Shown one piece after another: positions 1 to 13,700 of a stretch of DNA of 64,000 bases. Origin of the DNA: Lingula anatina (taxonomy: Eukaryota; Animalia; Brachiopoda). The stretch covers positions 18,142,651-18,206,650 of the forward strand of contig CM120647.1 in the NCBI GenBank assembly GCA_051362555.1, read 5' to 3'. The notes under the pieces are model-generated. The model made no database searches. It worked only from the letters and a program-made list of their open reading frames with translations, and was not told where the DNA came from. Positions within the stretch are counted from its first letter, which is position 1, and each line of letters starts with the position of its first letter. The translations under genes and the position numbers were made by a program.

Positions 1-32
<32 letters not shown>

Positions 33-163
33 GTGAAGCATAGGAAATTACAAGTGAACTTATTCTAAACTGGATCCAACTTAATGTATAGTGTATGCAT
101 CTGTTCTTCATCCAAAAACTATACTATAACCTCTCATTTGAAATTGTTAATTGTGCCACTTAC

Positions 164-1808
164 TTGGAATGGGTGTTGATTTTGTGGAGTAGGCTGAAAC
201 CAAAGAGAAATGTCCATGAAAAAAATCTATCAACTAATGTTTTACACTCTAAAATTAATATTGTACAGCCATATGTTTTAAGATTAAGAATCAGTTTTGA
301 TATATGATATTGAAATTGTTAAGATTCAAGAACAAGAACATTTTCACACTGTTCATACCTATACTGGATCCAACATAATGTGAATATATGTGACTATTCT
401 TTTATTGAGAGTTCATTTAATACAACTACTTTTTTGGCAAAATTGTTTTTTTTAATGAAGTGAAAACTGAACATGTGGCATTATAAACATACATCAGTAA
501 ACACTTACTCCATAATATTTGCCTTCATCTTCAGAGTATTACCTACCTGGGAGACATTTTTCTTCATCATCAGTGAATTACTTATCTGGGTAACATTTGT
601 CTTTATCCTCAATGTAGATAACATTTGTCTCCATAACATATAGCAGATATATGTGAGTGCCCTATATGATATTTAATATTTTTGCCTTTTACCTGGGTAA
701 CATTTGTCACTATCCTCAAAGTAATCTGAGCCCTGATCATAACAGAACTTCTCATCGGTGTTCAAGATTTGAGGCACAGATCCACTGAGATCTGGACAGT
801 GGCCATAGGTATGGTTGTTCATGCCTGTGAAATGGATTACATGTACATCTATTGTTGTACGACATTTCAGTAACATCTTAATCACGCAATAATCTATTCA
901 ACGTATACCTTAATAGTTGAAAACCTAAAATAAGCAAAATAAGTCAATATCTGCTACTTATGGGCGTATGTTTTATGCAAATTCAGAGAAGTATTAATTG
1001 TATTATTACCAGTAATATTAGGAATAGGAAAGTATTAACAGCTTTTAACATAATTAAACTACTATCATTTTCCCAATAACAGTCTACTTAGCTGAATACC
1101 CTGTTGCACATTTTGCATACAATTGCAAAAAAAAAAATAATAATAAAAAAAAAAATAATAATGATAAGTAACAGTCACTGATCATGACTCACCAGCTAGT
1201 AGTTTTCCCAGGAGCAGATCTTGTTGTATTACCAGGGAAAAGTTGTGTGCACACTCCATATATTTATTCCTGGGAATATCTTCATGCTGAACTAGTACAC
1301 CTCTTACTTGACAGAATCCCTATATTATATTATATTATATTATATTATATTATATTATATTATATTATATCCAAATGTTTCCAAAAATATTACATCAAAA
1401 GTGATCTCACAAGAAATAATTTGTAGCCATTTCATATCTGCAGAAGCATCATACCTTATTCAAGAACACTTGGACAAAATAAATGGAATGACTCATTATA
1501 CTGGAAGCAACTTACCATATTTGAAGTAACAGGGTGACAAGTGACAACTGGCAGATTAGGAAGTCCAGTGATTGTGTAATCATCAGAGTTACAAGCCTGT
1601 CTTATCAAGTCACCAAGATTAACAGAATAAGATTCAAATCGTTGATTCATGATGTAGCTATAATACTGCCAGCAGTCCCTGGGTGTTGACGTGTTTTCTG
1701 ATGATGTCACATTGAACTGGAGTGTTAGCACTTTGGATGGAACTGAAATGATAATTAACATGGAAAACTCTGTCAATTGATTAAGTTTTGAAGGCTTGTA
1801 GACATACT

Positions 1809-1863
<55 letters not shown>

Positions 1864-4762
1864 GAGATATACTTTCAAAATCAGGAAAATTGGGTAAAAT
1901 ACTCAGTAATACACTTTTTCAATTGAAAATTGAAATTAATTTAAAAGAATCATTTTCACTAAGTAGAGAGGTAATTAATGATATTTTCCCCCAAATAAAA
2001 GGTACCAGTGGTTAAAGGTGGCCATCAAGGGAAATGTTAAAAAAATTTTCTCACCAGGTAGACAAACTTCATTATCATCTTCATCAACTTCTCTCAGTAC
2101 CTTCCCCATAGTACATCTCACTGTCCCTGTATTACTGACATCAGCTGCAGTCAGTGCTGAGCAGTTCCCAATTGGAACTATATTGTAGACGGAGAGAGGA
2201 ACAGGGTAAGCTTTAAAGTATCCCATTATTTTATCTCCACAATCACGGACCTGTTTGGCTGTCAACACTTCCTTTGCGAAGGTCATACTGTAGAAGTGGT
2301 AACCAAAGCTCATCTTCTGATGAACCTGGAAAAACCATAGGTTCTTCTTCTAGATGAAAGAGCTTCATTTGAAGTGGTAAAGCAAATGTTTTGCATTTCA
2401 TTTGTAATTTGTTTTTAAAGACTTGTATACAACCTGTGACTTTACGACTTTATGCATAACATGCTATTGAACTGTTTGTGTCCTTACTCAAACATTCCAA
2501 ATATCTTAAGATTTTTATTTTTATCAAAAAACATATTGTATTTTATTATTTATTTATTAATATTGCATACCCTATTTTTATCCATGGACAAAGAAACTTG
2601 CTCAAATTCCGCTCGTGTGTAATACCCACAGAGATTTATTGAAAGTTCAGTAATATTGACACTGAGGTCATTTTGTTGGAACCAATAATATAAAACATCT
2701 TCAACAATTCTTAGGCATCCAGTGGAGAAGTTTGCAGGCCGAGGGAAAGTTACCACTGTTTTTACATTATATCCTGTAATAAACAGAATAAATATTTATG
2801 TTACATGAACATATACAGCTGGGATTACACACATCCATATCTCAATAAACAGTAATCCTTGGGATAGTATACTTACTAGTCTTCATTTTTTGATAGTCCT
2901 ATCATAATACCCTTAAACGTTGAGGAAACAAATGGGAGACAATTGTAACTATACACAATGACATAAAAATCCTGTATAAATTTGATGTCTACTCACCCCA
3001 CCCGATCTACCAAACTACCCTCAGCAATAATTAACCAATTCATTATAGTGTACCAGGTGAGGTGAAAGTAAGAAGACACATGGCTTCATTTTTGTTAACT
3101 TTGATTATAAATTGACTTAAAATTATATGGTTAATACTCAACATATTTGTATGCAATTTAAAGAAAATATAGATGAATATTAATGGAAAGACCAATATAT
3201 TACTGCACTATACCTGGTGTTTCTCCCTCTGGTGTAGGAGAAAGAGCTGAAAGAAATTAAGATTTAAAGTTATTAAAACAACACGTACTATTTCATTTTT
3301 TCAGCCTCAAAATCATCAGAGTTTTGCAGCTTTAAAATACCAACAGCAGATATGCATATATTTCCATAACTAAAATTCAAGTATGGATGACAACTTTATA
3401 AATGATGACTGGATATTTTTCTTTCTGCCTCTGATAAAGCTAAAAGAACATTATGTAATAGATTTTTAGTGAAGCATAGTAAATTAAAATTGAGTTTCTA
3501 AACTGGATCCAACTTATTGTATAGTGTATGAGTCTTTTCTTCATCCAAAAATATACTTTAGTGTATATAATCTCTCATTCAACATTGTTGTGCCACTTAC
3601 TTGTGAAGGGTGTTAATTTTGTGGAGTAAGCTGGAACCAAAGAGAATTGTCAATGAAAAAATCAAGCAATTATTGTTTTACACCCAGAAATTAATCTGTG
3701 TACAGCCACATGCTTTAAGATAAAGAATCAGTTTTGATATTTGATATTGAATTTGTTCAGAATCAAGACCAATAGCCTGTAATATACTGGGTCCAACTTT
3801 ATGTATATATGTGGGACTATTCTTTTAGGCAAAAGCTATAATTATCCTGTAAATTTTCGCATGAAAATTGTTGTGCCACTTACTTGGAGTGGGGGTTGAT
3901 TTTGTGGAGTAAGCTGAAACCAAAAAGAAATGTCTATGAACAATCTATCAACTAATGCCTTACACTTTGCAATTTATCTGTGTACAGTCGTATGCTTTAA
4001 GAAAGAATTAGTTTCTAAGTAAATTCATCGATAAAATAGTAAAGAATGAAGACCAAAAAGAACTTTGAAAAATAACTTCCATTTGAGAGTTCATTCTCCA
4101 AAAAAAAAAAAAAAAAAAACTATTATTTACTTCAAAATTGTCATTATTTTCAAATAAAGTGAAAACTGAACATGTGATGTTATAAATATACATCAGTAAA
4201 CACTCACACAGTGTCATTTGCCTTCATCTTCAGAGTATTACCTACCTGGGAGACATTTTTCTTCATCTTCAGTGAATTACTTATCTGGGTAACATTTGTC
4301 TTTATCCTCAATGTATAAATTACCTAGATAACATTTGTCTGCATAACATATAGCAGATATATGTGAGTGCCCAATATGATATTTAATATTTTTGCCTTTT
4401 ACCTGGGTAACATTTGTCACTATCCTCAAAGTAATCTGAGCCCTGATCATAACAGATCTTCTCATCAGTGCTCAATATTTGAGGTGGAGATCCACTGAGA
4501 TCTGGACAGTGGCCATAGGTATGGTTGTTCATGCCTGTGAAATGGATTACATATGCATTTATTGTGGTACAACAATTCAGTAACATATTAAACAGACAGC
4601 AATCTATTCAAAATTTACTAAAAAGAGTTGAAAACCTAGAACTGGCAATATGTATCACTATGTGCTACTTGAGGGCATAATAATTTTCATGTTTGAAGAC
4701 ATTTTACTTTTAAAGTTATTATTATTATTATTATTTTACTTCTTTCTTTCTTTCTTTCTTTC

Positions 4763-4795
<33 letters not shown>

Positions 4796-7700
4796 TGTAA
4801 ATTCAGAGGCATGCATCAATTGGTTGAAAACCATGTCCATTTACAAACCAAAGGGAATGAATTTAAGGCTGTCATCATAATTACACTACCATTATTTCCC
4901 AATCACAGTCTATGTCTACTTAGCTGAATACCTTATTGCACATTTTCCATACAAATGCCAAAAAAGTAACAGTTATCATGACTCACCCGCCAGTAGTTTT
5001 CCAAATGGCAGATCCTGTTGTATTACCAGGGAAAAGTTGTGTGCACACTCCATGTATTTATTCCTGGGGATATCTTCATGCTGAACTAGTACACCTCTTA
5101 CTAGACAGAATCCCTATATTATATTATATTATATTATATTATATTATAATTTAAAATGCTTCCAAAAATATAATATCAAAGAATGATCTTTGCAACAAAT
5201 AATTTTGTCAAATAATTTTATTTGAAGCATCATACCTTATTCAAGAACACTCCAAAAACACATGGAATGTCTCATTATATTAGAAGAAACTTACCATATT
5301 TGAGGTAACAGGGTGACAAGTGACAACTGGCAGATTAGGAAGTCCAGTGATTGTGTAGTCATCAGAGTTACAAGCCTGTCTGATCAAGTCACCAAGATTG
5401 ACAGAATAAGCTTCAAATCGTTGATTCATGATGTAGCTATAATACTGCCAGCAGTCCTCGGGTGTTGATGTGTTTCCAGATGATGTGTTTCCTGATGATG
5501 TCACATTAAACTGGAGTGTCAGCACTTTGGATGGAACTGAAATGATAACCATCATAGAAAAACTCTGTCAATTGATTAAGTTTTGAAGGCTTGTAGACAT
5601 ACTGTTTTTCTCATATGATATATACTTTTGGAATCAAGAAAATTGTAAAAAAAAAAAAAAAACTCGGTAATACACTTTTCTCAATTGAAAATTTAAATTA
5701 TTTTTTTAAAAATCAATTTCACTAAGTAGAGAGGTAATTGCTGATATTTTCCCCCAAAATAAAATTTTAAAATCATTTATTTTGTTGACGTTGTATCATT
5801 TCCCTTGGTATTGGAAAATGGTCAAAGATAAAATGAACATTACCAGTAGCTAAAGGTAGCTATCAAGAGAAATGTTTAAAAAAATTCTCACCAGGTAGAC
5901 AAACTTCATTATCATCTTCATCAACTTCTCTCAGTACCTTCCCTAGTCTACACCTCACTGTCCCTGTATTACTGACATTAGAAGCATCCAGTGCAGAGCA
6001 CTCTCCAATTGGAACTATATTGTAGACGGAGAGAGGAACAGGGTAAGCTTTAAAGTATCCCATTATTTTATCTCCACAATCACGGACCTGTTTGGCTGTC
6101 AACACTTCCTTTGCCAAGGTCATACGGTAGAAGTGGTAACCAAAGCTCATCTTCTGATGAACCTGGAAAAACCATAGGTTCTTCTTCTAGATGAAAGAGC
6201 TTCATTTGAAGTGGTAAAGCAAATGTTTTGTATTTCATTTGTAATTTGTTTTTAAAGACTTGTATACAACCTGTGACTTTACGACTTTATGCATAACATG
6301 CTATTGAACTGTTTGTGTCCTTACTCAAACATTCCAAATATCGTAAGATTTTTATTTTTATCAAAAAACATATTGTATTTTATTATTTATTTATTAATAT
6401 TGCATACCCTATTTTTATCCATGGACAAAGAAACTTGCTCAAATTCCGCTCGTGTGTAATACCCACAGAGATTTATTGAAAGTTCAGTAATATTGACACT
6501 GAGGTCATTTTGTTGGAACCAATAATATAAACCACCTTCAACAATTCTTAGGCATCCATTGGAGAAGTTTGCAGGCCGAGGGAAAGTTACCACTGTTTTT
6601 ACATTATATCCTGTAATAAACAGAATAAATATTTATGTTACATGAACATATACAGCTGGGATTACACACATCCATATCTCAATAAACAGTAATCCTTGGG
6701 ATAGTATACTTACTAGTGTTCATTTTTTGATAGTCCTATCATAATACCCTTAAACGTTGAGGAAACAAATGGGAGACAATTGTAACTATACACAATGACA
6801 TAAAAATCCTGTATAAATTTGATGTCTACTCACCCCACCCGATCTACCAAACTACCCTCAGCAATAATTAACCAATTCATTATAGTGTACCAGGTGAGGT
6901 GAAAGTAAGAAGACACATGGCTTCATTTTTGTTAACTTTGATTATAAATTGACTTAAAATTATATGGTTAATACTCAACATATTTGTATGCAATTTAAAG
7001 AAAATATAGATGAATATTAATGGAAAGACCAATATATTACTGCACTATACCTGGTGTTTCTCCCTCTGGTGTAGGAGAAAGAGCTGAAAGAAATTAAGAT
7101 TTAAAGTTATTAAAACAACACGTACTATTTCATTTTTTCAGCCTCAAAATCATCAGAGTTTTGCAGCTTTAAAATACCAACAGCAGATATGCATATATTT
7201 CCATAACTAAAATTCAAGTATGGATGACAACTTTATAAATGATGACTGGATATTTTTCTTTCTGCCTCTGATAAAGCTAAAAGAACATTATGTAATAGAT
7301 TTTTAGTGAAGCATAGTAAATTAAAATTGAGTTTCTAAACTGGATCCAACTTATTGTATAGTGTATGAGTCTTTTCTTCATCCAAAAATATACTTTAGTG
7401 TATATAATCTCTCATTCAACATTGTTGTGCCACTTACTTGTGAAGGGTGTTAATTTTGTGGAGTAAGCTGGAACCAAAGAGAATTGTCAATGAAAAAATC
7501 AAGCAATTATTGTTTTACACCCAGAAATTAATCTGTGTACAGCCACATGCTTTAAGATAAAGAATCAGTTTTGATATTTGATATTGAATTTGTTCAGAAT
7601 CAAGACCAATAGCCTGTAATATACTGGGTCCAACTTTATGTATATATGTGGGACTATTCTTTTAGGCAAAAGCTATAATTATCCTGTAAATTTTCGCATG

Positions 7701-10700
7701 AAAATTGTTGTGCCACTTACTTGGAGTGGGGGTTGATTTTGTGGAGTAAGCTGAAACCAAAAAGAAATGTCTATGAACAATCTATCAACTAATGCCTTAC
7801 ACTTTGCAATTTATCTGTGTACAGTCGTATGCTTTAAGAAAGAATTAGTTTCTAAGTAAATTCATCGATAAAATAGTAAAGAATGAAGACCAAAAAGAAC
7901 TTTGAAAAATAACTTCCATTTGAGAGTTCATTCTCCAAAAAAAATATATATATATATATATTATTTACTTCAAAATTGTCATTATTTTCAAATAAAGTGA
8001 AAACTGAACATGTGATGTTATAAATATACATCAGTAAACACTCACACAGTGTCATTTGCCTTCATCTTCAGAGTATTACCTACCTGGGAGACATTTTTCT
8101 TCATCTTCAGTGAATTACTTATCTGGGTAACATTTGTCTTTATCCTCAATGTATAAATTACCTAGATAACATTTGTCTGCATAACATATAGCAGATATAT
8201 GTGAGTGCCCAATATGATATTTAATATTTTTGCCTTTTACCTGGGTAACATTTGTCACTATCCTCAAAGTAGTCTGAGCCCTGATCATAACAGATCTTCT
8301 CATCAGTGCTCAATATTTGAGGTGGAGATCCACTGAGATCTGGACAGTGGCCATAGGTATGGTTGTTCATGCCTGTGAAATGGATTACATATGCATTTAT
8401 TGTGGTACAACAATTCAGTAACATATTAAACAGACAGCAATCTATTCAAAATTTACTAAAAAGAGTTGAAAACCTAGAACTGGCAATATGTATCACTATG
8501 TGCTACTTGAGGGCATAATAATTTTCATGTTTGAAGACATTTTACTTTTAAAGTTATTATTATTATTATTATTATTATTTTACTTCTTTCTTTCTTTCTT
8601 TCTTTATTATTATTATTATTATTATTATTATTTGTAAATTCAGAGGCATGCATCAATTGGCTGAAAACCATGTCCATTTACAAACCAAAGGGAATGAATT
8701 TAAGGCTGTCATCATAATTACACTACCATTATTTCCCAATCACAGTCTATGTCTACTTAGCTGAATACCTTATTGCACATTTTCCATACAAATGCCAAAA
8801 AAGTAACAGTTATCATGACTCACCCGCCAGTAGTTTTCCAAATGGCAGATCCTGTTGTATTACCAGGGAAAAGTTGTGTGCACACTCCATGTATTTATTC
8901 CTGGGGATATCTTCATGCTGAACTAGTACACCTCTTACTAGACAGAATCCCTATATTATATTATATTATATTATATTATATTATATTATATTATATTATA
9001 ATTTAAAATGCTTCCAAAAATATAATATCAAAGAATGATCTTTGCAACAAATAATTTTGTCAAATAATTTTATTTGAAGCATCATACCTTATTCAAGAAC
9101 ACTCCAAAAACACATGGAATGTCTCATTATATTAGAAGAAACTTACCATATTTGAGGTAACAGGGTGACAAGTGACAACTGGCAGATTAGGAAGTCCAGT
9201 GATTGTGTAGTCATCAGAGTTACAAGCCTGTCTGATCAAGTCACCAAGATTGACAGAATAAGCTACAAATCGTTGATTCATGATGTAGCTATAATACTGC
9301 CAGCAGTCCTCGGGTGTTGATGTGTTTCCAGATGATGTGTTTCCTGATGATGTCACATTAAACTGGAGTGTCAGCACTTTGGATGGAACTGAAATGATAA
9401 CCATCATAGAAAAACTCTGTCAATTGATTAAGTTTTGAAGGCTTGTAGACATATTGATTTTCTCTTGAGAGATATACTTTTGGAATCAAGAAAATTGGGT
9501 AAAATACTCAGTAATACACTTTTCTCAATTGAAAATTGAAGTTATTTTTTAAAAAATGAATTTCACTAAAAAGAGAGGTAATTAATGATATTTTCCCCCA
9601 AATAAAATTTTAAGTATAACTTATTTCTTTTGTTGACGATGTATCATTTCCCTAGGTATGGGATAATAGTCAAAGATAAAATAAAAGGTACCAGTAGTTA
9701 AAGGTAGCTATCAAGAGAAATGTTTAAAAAATTCTCACCAGGTAGACAAACTTCATTATCATCTTCATCAACTTCTCTTAGCACCTTCCCTAGTCTACAC
9801 CTCACTGTCCCTGTATTACTGACATTAGAAGCATCCAGTGCAGAGCACTCTCCAATTGGAACTATATCGTAGACAGAGAGAGGAATAGGGTATTCCATTA
9901 TTTTATCTCCACAATCACGGACCTGTTTGGCTGTCAACACTTCCTTTGCCAAGGTCATACGGTAGAAATGGTAACCAAAGCTCATCTTCTGATGAACCTG
10001 GAAAAAACCATAGGTTCTTCTATTAGATGAAATAGCTTCATTTGAAGTGGTAAAGCAAATGTTTTGTATTTCAATTGTAATTTGTTTTTAAAGACTTGTA
10101 TACAACCTGTGACTTTATGACTTTATGCATAACATACAATTGAACTGTTTGTGTCCTTAAGGCCTGCAGTCACAATGGCGGCGATCTGTCGAGGATTAGT
10201 TTTGGCCGGGGGTCGTTGTAGAAAATAAAGAATCCTTGAACAATCCTAGCAATAATCCTAATAAAAGTGGAGCAGTCACATTGTCTGAGATTTTTTCAAG
10301 GATTTTGACCCGGTTTTGTCGAAAAATCGTGGGATTAGCCTCCGATCGCCTCCGATTACATCTCCGATGATGCACTGCAGCAAGAGCGTCTCAAACTTTT
10401 AGCGATCCGGTCGGAGGCGCCCTTATATACACGTCGATTTACTACGATTCCACCGTACAATTCATCGGAGACGATCACACAAAGCGTACGAATCGTCGCA
10501 GGGCTCCTCCGATTCAGTCGGTGGGTGCCGGAGACTACTCGCAGACATTGAATCTCAACCTGATTTTCCAATCCCACACAGAATATTACGACTAGTCTCA
10601 GATTATTTGGAGGATGCCTCCGATTAATCGGAGGGCATCGTAGGTCATCGGAGATTGTGTCTGGGATGCCCAAAATGGGTGAAAAATCTTGCGAGCAATC

Positions 10701-13700
10701 TTAAAATTTTAAGTTGAAAGTTGGTGACCACGACGGGTGTGGCGATGTCTAAAAAATCTGCGACAACCCGCAGGCGTCCGGAGAGCACCTCCGACGGGTG
10801 CAAAATCGTGAGATCTGTCTCAAGATTTTGTTCAAATTTCCCGGGTTTTACCCATCCCCGACGCATCGCAACTGATTTGTGACTGGGCCTTTACTCAAAC
10901 ATTCCAAATATCATTAGATTTTTATTATTTATTAACATTATATTGTATTTTTTTTTTTTTTTTTTTTTTGTTATTGCATACCCTGTTTATATCCATGGAC
11001 AAAGAAACTTGTTCAAATTCCACACGTGTGTAATACCCACAGAGAGGTATTGAAAGTGCAGTAATATTGGGACTGAGGTCATTTTGTTGGAACCAATAAT
11101 ATAAACCACCTTCAACAATTGTTAGGCATCCATTGGAGAAGTTTGCAGGTCGAGAGAAAGTTACCACTGTTTTTACATTATATCCTGTAATAAACAGAAC
11201 AAATATCACAGTTACATGAACAGTTGGCATGACACACATCCATATCTCAGTAAATAGTCCTTGACATGTTCTTCATTTTTGAAAGCCCCACCATACTACC
11301 CTTAAACAATGTAGAATTTATCCAGAGATAATAACGTAACTTTCCACAATGTCAACAAAAATTTGTATGTAATGTCCAGAGTTAAAGCTTGCCTTAGCTT
11401 TATTAGGGCACACCCATCCAGCAGTGTGCCAAGTAAGGTCATGGTTAAAAGACTTCATTTTTGTCAACTTTGACCATGTGTTGGCTTAACATTTAAAAAA
11501 GTTAATGTAAGGAAGACTAGCATGCAACATCTCTATTTATATCTTGTATATTTATTGGGTTTATATTGCTGCATTATTTACCTGGTGTTTCTCCCTCTGG
11601 TGAGGGTGTAGGTGAAGGAGCTGTCAAATGGAAATCAATGTGAAAGATTTTAAATCAATATATACCTGTACTAGTCTTTTTTAACTTCAAATAGAATGAG
11701 TTTTGCAGTTTGAACTAACAACTGCTGATTTCTTTTTATTTGCATAACTAAAATAATAATACGGCTATAAAAGTTAAGGACTTTTAGTATTCTGCCCTTC
11801 TGCGTCTAATTTTGATTAATTAACGGCTTTTATTGTGAAACAAAAGTAATTGAAATAGAACTAACACTAAATTGAATGCACTTTTATGAAAATACATGTG
11901 GCTGTTCTCTATCTAAAATAATTATTATACTAAACACTCTTGCATGAGACTGTTGTGCAACTTACTTGGAGTGGGTGTGGGTTCAGCTGAAACCAAAGAG
12001 AAATGATCACATTAAGTGTGTGTCCACGAGAAAACCAAACCAAATGTAGAAAATGCGGCAAGGTGGGGGTGAACGGATTTACATCATATTTGGTGTGTTT
12101 GAACCTTTATATGAACAATATCTGAGGCTGCAATATTTCCTGAAAATAATCCCTACTTACAGAGATATGGCCAGTGACAATTTGGGGGGTTTATCAACCA
12201 AAAATTCTTCTGAAAAACAGGGTTATATTGATTGGCCTTAAAGTTTATACAGGTGTCACCAAATGATTTAGTTTGGTGATATATTATAACCTAAAGATAG
12301 GGGATTAAAATGATATACACTTTTTCCACTCTCTTTGTTTCCATGGTAACAAACCAAGCGTTTTTCTCAGGCCTACAAACCACATGCTTTGAACACCCCC
12401 CTTCTATTTTTGACAATATCTTCATCTTCACAGGTCTTTGGGGTAAAGCATGTTCAGGACTAACAGATAACTCATTAATCTATTTATACATGAAATCAAA
12501 ACTTACTGCTGTTCTACAACTTGTCCGTTGTAACAGATAGAACATGACCTAATTTCTTCATTTTTCGTAAATATATCCGAACACGTATATCGGTGCACTG
12601 AACTTCAGCCATCTCTTTCAAGTCAACGAATGGTTTAAAACACTGTTAGTTGAACTTTTTATTTTCATTTTACCTATTCTAATTTTTTTCTGGTTAAAAC
12701 AAGCATCTAACACATTTTAAAACCATGTGAAACTAATGTACTAACGTCAGAACAACACAACGTCATTATCCAACATGGCGGAAATCGCAGACTGTTTGTT
12801 TACAAATCTTCCTCAACGAAGTCGTATATCATGTGGTTTATACTCTGTCTACAGATAAAAAAAAAACATGTAGTGTATTGAAAAATTGCAACAGAGATAT
12901 TAACAGTCATCTTCGTCGCGTTTACGTGAAGCAAAACAGCGTGAGTTACGAAAGCACACTGATTCTTGTCAGGTGTGAATTCTTTTGTATCCGATGACAG
13001 CAATTGGACTTTTTCAAGTATCTTTGGGAGAATAAATGGGTTACACCATGTGACCAGCACTGGGATATGGGCTTGGTTTGTGCTGGAAACCATCCACACG
13101 GGAAAACGAGCCTATAACGAAATATGTCATGGGATTAACTTGCAGATGTCAGTGTAGACAAAAAGCCATTTGAATATACTGATGCCACTTGGTTCAGGTA
13201 AGAAACGGGTTTGTTTGTATTTTAATACAGGCTAAAATCCAGAAAAAAAGTTCACTCAGAAAAATGATCTAGGTGTAATTTTTTAATGGTAAACGCTCCA
13301 TTTTTTAAAAAAGAAAAATGCCCCCTTTCAAATAATGAAATTGCAGCCTAAGGACCTGTGATAATTTTATCTTTTAAGCTATATTTGTGTGGGTATTTAT
13401 GTAGGTTTAATGGTACTTGGGTAAAATAAATTTAAGGGTAACAATTGGAATTAGATTGAAGCTAGGGCTGGTCTTGGCAAAATTGCTAGGCTCATCATAA
13501 TTAATATTCGAAACCATGCCTTATACTTATAAAACATGGACAAATGGGATAATAATTTATTTTTCATCAATGTATCAATTAACTTTCAGATAAGTGTTTT
13601 CATGTGTCTATAGTAAGCTATATTTATATTTCAGGCATATTTGAGAAGTGTTATTTGACACACAGTGATCTTATGGTCAGCAAAAGAGTCCAAAGTCTTG

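Noticed and set aside
10356-10866. ORFs inside the Harbinger-type insertion
   Set aside because: No transposase or Myb motifs; the element is too short to be autonomous.
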